The position numbers and the translations under genes were made by a program. From Selaginella moellendorffii (taxonomy: Eukaryota > Plantae > Lycopodiophyta): a DNA stretch of 64,000 bases. Positions 60,183 through 64,000 of this stretch are shown here, piece by piece (position 1 is the stretch's first letter; every line of letters starts with the position of its first letter). The DNA lies in assembly GCF_000143415.4 (NCBI RefSeq), contig NW_003314266.1, positions 3,480,398 to 3,544,397 of the forward strand, given 5' to 3'. The notes below the pieces were generated by a model. That model did not search any database. It saw nothing but the letters and a program-made list of their open reading frames with translations, and was not told the DNA's origin.

Positions 60183-60612
60183 NNNNNNNNNNNNNNNNNN
60201 NNNNNNNNNNNNNNNNNNNNNNNNNNNNNNNNNNNNNNNNNNNNNNNNNNNNNNNNNNNNNNNNNNNNNNNNNNNNNNNNNNNNNNNNNNNNNNNNNNNN
60301 NNNNNNNNNNNNNNNNNNNNNNNNNNNNNNNNNNNNNNNNNNNNNNNNNNNNNNNNNNNNNNNNNNNNNNNNNNNNNNNNNNNNNNNNNNNNNNNNNNNN
60401 NNNNNNNNNNNNNNNNNNNNNNNNNNNNNNNNNNNNNNNNNNNNNNNNNNNNNNNNNNNNNNNNNNNNNNNNNNNNNNNNNNNNNNNNNNNNNNNNNNNN
60501 NNNNNNNNNNNNNNNNNNNNNNNNNNNNNNNNNNNNNNNNNNNNNNNNNNNNNNNNNNNNNNNNNNNNNNNNNNNNNNNNNNNNNNNNNNNNNNNNNNNN
60601 NNNNNNNNNNNN
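60183..60612. other. Assembly gap (430 N)
   Basis: Run of N. Confidence 1.
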
Positions 60613-63600
60613 CTCTCGTCTCCATAAGATCCAGTAGCAGAGTCCGAGCAAGGCTTGATTGTTGAAATGCGGACCTCGTACACGAGGTCCCCCATTTCAC
60701 TAATCAAGCGATCCAGGAAAATCCACACATGTAACAGTTTGGTTTTACCAAGGGTTACATATGATGGTTCGATGAAAACGATTCACGAGATTCTGTAGCC
60801 AAACAAAGGCTGCCCCTTTGTTAGAACATTTCAGCTTTCCTATGTTTGGCAGGAATTTGCTCCTTTTAGTGACGCGGAACAACATACTTCATGCGCTCTT
60901 CATTTAATTTTTTTTCTGGAAACAGCGTGGTTATGATTTTTGATACGGCAGACGAACAGCTGATTTCTCTTACTCCACTTCCTTTTTCTCGCAAGTTGCA
61001 AGCTCTCTCTGGCCGTATTTTTGGTATTTTGATAACAGATGAGGTTTTTCATGTTCAGAATGCGCATCACACAGGCAGCTTTGCATTTGACTTTTAGGAT
61101 TAGCACTGCTTGTGAAGTTGATCTTTCATCGACCAGAGAAGATCAGACTGTTAATATTAGTTTAGCTTCTCTGGAGATGGCTGCTGCCATACTCTCTTTG
61201 TCTTCTGGTCCATTGCAGGCATACGAACGTAGCAAAAACATTTCCCTTCACAGAGGACGAGGTACAATTCGTTAGCATTTTCTTGTCTCAGATCTCCAAA
61301 TCAGGTTCCTCTCAAAAGATTATAAACCATTGCTTTGCCTGTCGTTTAGCCAAGGTTTTCGCGACAACCTTTGAAAGCTCTTCTCGACCATCAACATGAA
61401 GTTCCCTTCTTTCCAAATCGCTCTAGAGCTTGTTTACACAAATTCGCAGATGAACATAAACAAGGCAGGTACAGGCCACTGCCGTCCAAAGTACTGTTGC
61501 TCCAATTCTCACGTTATTGTTCCTGGTGTAGAAAAAGACGTAGTGGTACCACCATTTTACTGGAAGAATCCTTGCCTCTGGCGTGCATTTCATTTCGGTT
61601 TGCTGCCTTCAAGGCTTGGTGGTACCAGCGCTGCGCTGCGAGAGCTCCGTCGGGAAGGCCAGGGCGTGATACTTGGCGTGCTCTACGTACAAATAAACTG
61701 TCTTCCACACACACTAGCTAGAAAAGGAAGGAGAAAGGTATGAGATACCTGTCTTTCGCGTTACACATAGTTTTCCTCCAGCGCTTTTGCGTGTTTTCTG
61801 CGAGGTCCAAGCTATACATCCAAAACTCATGGTTTGATTTTTCTTCAAATTTTTAGAGTTTTTTGGTATTTTCTATCCATCGTGAGAAGCACCAACAAAC
61901 GGAACAGCTCAAAGCGTACCAAAACGAAGGAAGTAAAAAAAAAGGATTTCCGCAGCATCAACGTCACTGGAACGTGCAATAGTGTCAGCGAGAAGGCAAA
62001 ACATTATTTAGATTCGCGGTATATTCTATTTCGTACGGTTTCTAGGGCATGTACGACCTCCCGCCAAATTTTCTTTAATCCTTCTAGAGGGAGTCGGGAC
62101 CATATCATGTCACTCGTGCAATGCTATAGGTTGGTTATAGCTCTCCAATTATGTGTTCTTGGGCATAATGCGCGAGGGCGCTCGTTTCTCCATGCTGGCG
62201 CGCGGCGCCTTTGCTCGCTATGATCGATATTTTAGGTCTAGGGCGCTGATCGGGTCGCGGCGTAGTGTAGCGAGCGAGTGGCAGTCTCAATCTCATCATC
62301 TTTGATTGATTGATCGATCTTCTCTTCTTGCCCAGATTTCTCCCAGAATCTACATTTATTTGCTCGAAATATGGCCCTGGGCCCTGGCAGCGCCAATCTT
62401 TCCAAGAAATCTCGCGAGGTACCGGCATTTACTCGGATCAACAGTCAAATTTCCGGCCATGGACCCCTTTCCTGTTCCGTTATAGAGCGATCGCGAGCAA
62501 TGGCGCCGGGTAGGATTTCTGGAAGCTGTGATGCTGCTGGAAACACCTAATCCGAGCAGCCGAGCTGCGATTAGGTGCCGGGCAGGCGGTCTTGGCGTCG
62601 ATCAACGCAGGTATGGTGTGGATCGTTTCTTTAATTGTAAGACTTGATTATTTCTCTAGCTAGGCAGTGCGTCGGGATGGATGAATGAATGGATCTGGAA
62701 GCTTGTGTGTTCTTGCAGGCGGTAGCTCAAGAAAAAAAATTCTAGGCAAGAGTTTTTTTCTTCGCGTGATATGGCGACGAGACAGACGACGAGCCAGCAC
62801 ATTGTGTCAGGTGCCACTTTTTCTTGTCTTGGTTACCTATCGTCGTTATCACACCTTCTTTTTAGCCTGCTCTTCTTGGTTTGCTTGTTTGATTCTGTGT
62901 CTTCTAGGATGGCTAGCTATGGAGCTTTCACGAAGGCTCTCACTCACCCACTCTCGTGTGTGTTTGTGCTTGTAGGATTTTTTTGAGATAAAAGGAGAAG
63001 AGGCACAGTTGGGTCAGGGAGATCATGCCCCCGTCGGCATCGAAAGCTCCAAATGCGACCGGAGCAGCGGAGGTAAGATACTCTGCTGCTAAACATTCGC
63101 CACTTACACCACCAACGGATCGAGCCAAGGGGGGCCAGCAGCAACATCACAGGCATCCTTTTCTTCTGCCCCAGCGGCAGCAGCAGCAGCGCCAGTCTAG
63201 CTTTTCCCTGGGCTGCATTTTTGATAATCCGGTAGCGTTTGAAGACTCTTCGTCGGGTAGAAGGAAAATTGACTACACCGGCATCTCTAGTGAAGCCAGA
63301 ATGGACATGCTCGAGTGCCAGATCAAAAGCGTGGACGCTTGGAACGGTGTGACGAGAGCGCCGGACTTGGTTTCCACGGCACAGCAGCAGAGGGAGCTTA
63401 GGATGAAGATGAAGATGAAGATCCAAGCGCAGCAGCGTGAAGCCAAAAGGTGGAAACGGGATGGTGTGGGGGCTTCTCTTCATAAACAGGCAGCGGAGGT
63501 GGAAGACGCGAGCTATGATCCGGCGAGACCAGTGGCGATCCAGACTTGTAGGCGGAAGTTGTGCCTCGATGATCCGTTGACAACAGCAACGACGAATGAC

Positions 63601-64000
63601 AAGGCAGGCTTTGACACCCCTCTTCTGGACGACTGCGAAATCTACTCGGACATCTCGGACTCGGTCCCGGAGGATGTGGGCTTCACTGGTTTACCAGCGG
63701 CCAGATCAAGGAAGGAGGAGCGGAACACATCCGGGTTTTGCACGCCAGTTCGTGACGCTCTACAGTCGCGTGCTTGCTCGCCGATTAGTGACGATGGGAC
63801 TGCCTCTTTGAGATCACTAAATGCTCTAGACAATTCCATTGAAGCAGGCTGCTGTGGCATTGAGCTTGAGGATATTGGCACCGACACTTCGAGAAGGGAA
63901 AGCTTTCGGTCCTTGAAAGCTTGTGCCACTGCCCGAGAGGGGCCTTACTTCGTCTATCCAGGTTGGTCCATGTGGAGTAGGGAGCACTCGTACAGGTCCC

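Noticed and set aside
60064-60728. ORFs spanning X runs
   Set aside because: Artefacts of the N gap.
60850-64000. Short ORFs and possible splice sites
   Set aside because: Probably gene fragments, but I could not build a consistent model or recognise a family.

Overview
Eukaryotic plant nuclear DNA. The PLS-class PPR fragments, very short introns (about 40-60 bp), TTTAGGG repeats and tRNA-primed LTR elements suggest a compact lycophyte genome such as Selaginella, but this is inference. The window is a transposon-rich, gene-fragment-rich accessory region with a 430-N gap at 60183-60612. (1) 600-6600: a decayed Ty3/gypsy element whose integrase is split by a solo LTR, which is in turn split by a related solo LTR in the opposite orientation; both TSDs are visible. 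(2) 7.8-28 kb and 52.3-58 kb: a repeatedly duplicated and shuffled cassette of PPR fragments, Pro/Gly-rich membrane-anchored proteins, intronless F-box genes and secreted proteases (one papain-type pseudogene and two atypical aspartic proteases). (3) 29670-40639: a full-length non-chromoviral Ty3/gypsy element with extra 5' and 3' ORFs, inserted in an older gypsy element and followed by a TRIM. (4) About 42.2-52.3 kb, the most unusual part: a decayed DNA-transposon-like unit. It has a Sola-like DDE transposase, a divergently transcribed gene of about 930 codons with a ParB/Srx-like domain and a degenerate amino-methyltransferase-like fold, and over 20 dispersed copies of a 24-bp palindrome (AATGGCRTGWGGCCWCAYGCCATT) sitting almost only in its introns and intergenic DNA. 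(5) 58.8-60.8 kb: scrambled Ty1/copia fragments. All protein family calls were made by eye from motifs and need HMM or structure confirmation.
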